Notes under the pieces: model-generated
What the model saw: only the letters and a program-made list of their open reading frames with translations
Told to the model about the DNA's origin: nothing
Databases searched by the model: none
Shown: in pieces, positions 61,817-64,000 of the stretch
Layout: each line of letters starts with the position of its first letter
How positions within the stretch are numbered: position 1 is the stretch's first letter
Source: Octopus sinensis
Lineage: Eukaryota
Assembly: GCF_006345805.1 (NCBI RefSeq)
Contig: NC_042997.1
Span: 126,356,001 to 126,420,000 of the forward strand
Direction of reading: 5' to 3'
DNA: 64,000 nt
Translations under genes and position numbers: made by a program

Positions 61817-63469
61817 ATATATGTGTGTATATTTATACATATATGCATATATATATGTATATGAGTGTTTGTGTATGTGTGTGTGAGCATGTTCGTGTGT
61901 ATATCTGTGTGTGCATGTGTATATAAATATATATATATACACACACATACATACATACATACATACATACATATCATTGTTTTATGCCTGCTTTCCATGC
62001 CACGCTGTGTACGTGGATATATGTATGTATACATATATACACCCTACTTAAAACAAGCATGCCTAGCATAATAATATGTATGTATGTATGTATGGAAATA
62101 TTTACAAAAATTCATATTCTAATGAGTATTTAAATGGTCTTATACAATATTAAGCAGCCACTCATTTGAAATAACACTATATTTTATTAACATGGTCACA
62201 TTATAATTAAAATCTTATTTTTTTATATAATCAATCAACTCTACTAATATTTTAAATTATTTATTTAAATCTTTGCTTTTTTTTGCTTTCTTTTTAATGC
62301 AATTATGATTCTAGTAATGCAGAAATTGCTGAAAATAGTCAATAATAAAAATAAAACAAAATTTTTCAAAAAGTCATATTTTTTGCTATTGATTTGTCAG
62401 TTTGTTGGTCTTTGAGACAATTTGCTAAAGACGTTCTAAAAGCAAGTGAAATATTATAAAATGCAACTAGTTTCTTATTTATTTTCGGTTTGTTAAACTG
62501 TGTCAAATGTTCAAAATATAAAGAGCGAGCAGCTGTTGCCATACTGCCATACAAGGACATATCTTTCATAACACTGGAAATGCCATACATGTGATTGATA
62601 TAAAATAAACTTATAAGAAATTGTGATAAGAGTTTCTTAAAGAAATATAAGAAAAAGAAATGATAAGATGGCATATCATGAATAGGTTTTGAATAGACAG
62701 AAAAATATATATTAATTAAGGAAAGATACCAGAGACCTAATTTGAAGGTTTCAGCTGTGACCAAATCTGTCGGGAGACTTCTTGAATTGTGATACAAAAT
62801 TTTGGGAAGAATCAGGAATTGTCATATCAAATTTTATATATCATTCATTTAGTTGAGATGATTGATAGCAGACAGGTGCATTTGAGTAACAACAACAACA
62901 ACAACAATGACAACATCAACAACAACAGCAACAACAGTATCACTTTCAATAAATCAGTAATTTCCACCATTGATTAACAAGTTCTTCAAGAATTTGCTTT
63001 ATACAGGAAAAGATAAGGCTATTCCAGTATACTGGTACAGAATTTGTTCTAGATTTGATTATTTATTTATCTAATTATTTAGATAGGGCAAAGATCATGA
63101 AAAATCTCAGAAACTACATGAGTGGCAAAGTTATCCTAAAACCAGAGACTAAATGGTCTGTCTTTCATGCTGGTATGGAATGGCTGGTTCAATAGGATCT
63201 AGTGACTCACAGTGCTACGTTGAGCTCCAGTGTATGCTCTGGCATAGTTACTGCAACTGAATGCTTCCACTAATACCATCCACTTTATATGGTATAGCGG
63301 CTGCTTTTATTTATGGCACCAGTACTTCTGAGAGTGTATTACCGTTTACAAGCTTTGGTGCCTATTATTAAAAACTCAAAGTAACAGGTGATCCTTTTAT
63401 ATTACATTTACATATGTACATACTAGCAGAGACACCCAGCATTGCTCAGGATTAAAATGGCTTAGCTTC

Positions 63470-63810
63470 ATCATCATCATCATCATTTAACGTCCGCTTT
63501 CCATGCTGGCATGGGTTGGACGACTTGACTGAGGTCTGGCGAACCAGACTCCAATTTGATCTGGCAGAGTTTCTACAGCTGGGTGCCCTTCCTAATGCCA
63601 ACCACTCCGAGAGTGTAGTGGGTGCTTTTACGTGCCACTGGCATGAGGGCCAGTTTGGTGGTACTGGCAACGGCCATGCCCAAATAGTGCTTTTTACATG
63701 CCACCTGCACAGGAGCCAGTCCAGCGGCACTGGCAACGACCTCGCTCGAATATTTCACATGCCACTTATTCGAGTGAGGTCGTCACCAGTGCAGCTGGAC
63801 TGGCTCCTGA
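63470..63810 (-). mobile_element. RTE 3'UTR copy
   Basis: (cat)n ttaacgtccgctttccatgctggcatgggttggacg... plus internal units. Confidence 0.88.
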
Positions 63811-64000
63811 AACAGGTGATATGGGAAAGTGCTGCATTGACAAAACATTTGTGGAGTAAATGATGGGCTAATTCGACTAAGCAACATGCTATGCATCTGT
63901 TTGGAGTATTTCAGGCCCTAACCTGTGGGGGTTATGTGATTTTTGAATGCACCAAGAAACTGTCAGTGGATATACTCTCTTTTGCAGCAGTCAGCGCTAT

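Noticed and set aside
62366-62797. 143-aa minus-strand ORF
   Set aside because: AT-rich, F/I/K/Y-biased, with no recognisable motif or splice framework; consistent with a chance ORF.
63083-63172. Open 90-nt phase 1/1 candidate exon (DRAKIMKNLRNYMSGKVILKPETKWSVFHAG)
   Set aside because: Splice sites are plausible, but there is no similarity to the Munc13-4 C2A and the 3' third and donor lie in a decayed RTE tail; only RNA-seq could rescue it.
63388-63455. Candidate next C2A exon reading G-D-P-F after aacag|
   Set aside because: No polypyrimidine tract, no conserved Cys or hydrophobic strand pattern, in-frame TAA at 63453 and no good donor.

Overview
AT-rich eukaryotic genomic DNA dense in microsatellites. 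The repeat families (CORE-type tRNA SINEs, RTE and Dong/R4 LINEs, Penelope, Helitron) fit an octopus genome; this is inferred from repeat content, not from a search. Almost every ORF in the supplied track is a microsatellite or decayed-transposon artefact. The only host coding sequence I can support is two small plus-strand exons with canonical splice sites: 13255-13314 (60 nt, phase 0/0, TFSITQEDHELFIKDELKKK) and 51691-51766 (76 nt, phase 0/1, PTNLLLNVMISEATIDVPRKNFRIKG). They are separated by a 38,376-bp intron. Spliced, they match the N-terminal helix and start of the C2A domain of the Munc13-4 family (UNC13D/BAIAP3), with the same exon phases as I recall for human UNC13D exons 4-5, but the Ca2+-binding loop 1 is divergent. 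The rest is intronic: dozens of SINEs (including a dimeric SINE that inserted as a unit), one long decayed RTE LINE plus many RTE 3' ends, Dong/R4, Penelope, CR1, Tx1, Gypsy and Tc1 remnants, a Helitron nested in a SINE, several foldback/MITE hairpins, a near-identical 1227-bp tandem duplication and a 100-N assembly gap. Coordinates of degenerate repeats are approximate (about +/-20 bp); exon, TSD and hairpin coordinates were counted base by base.
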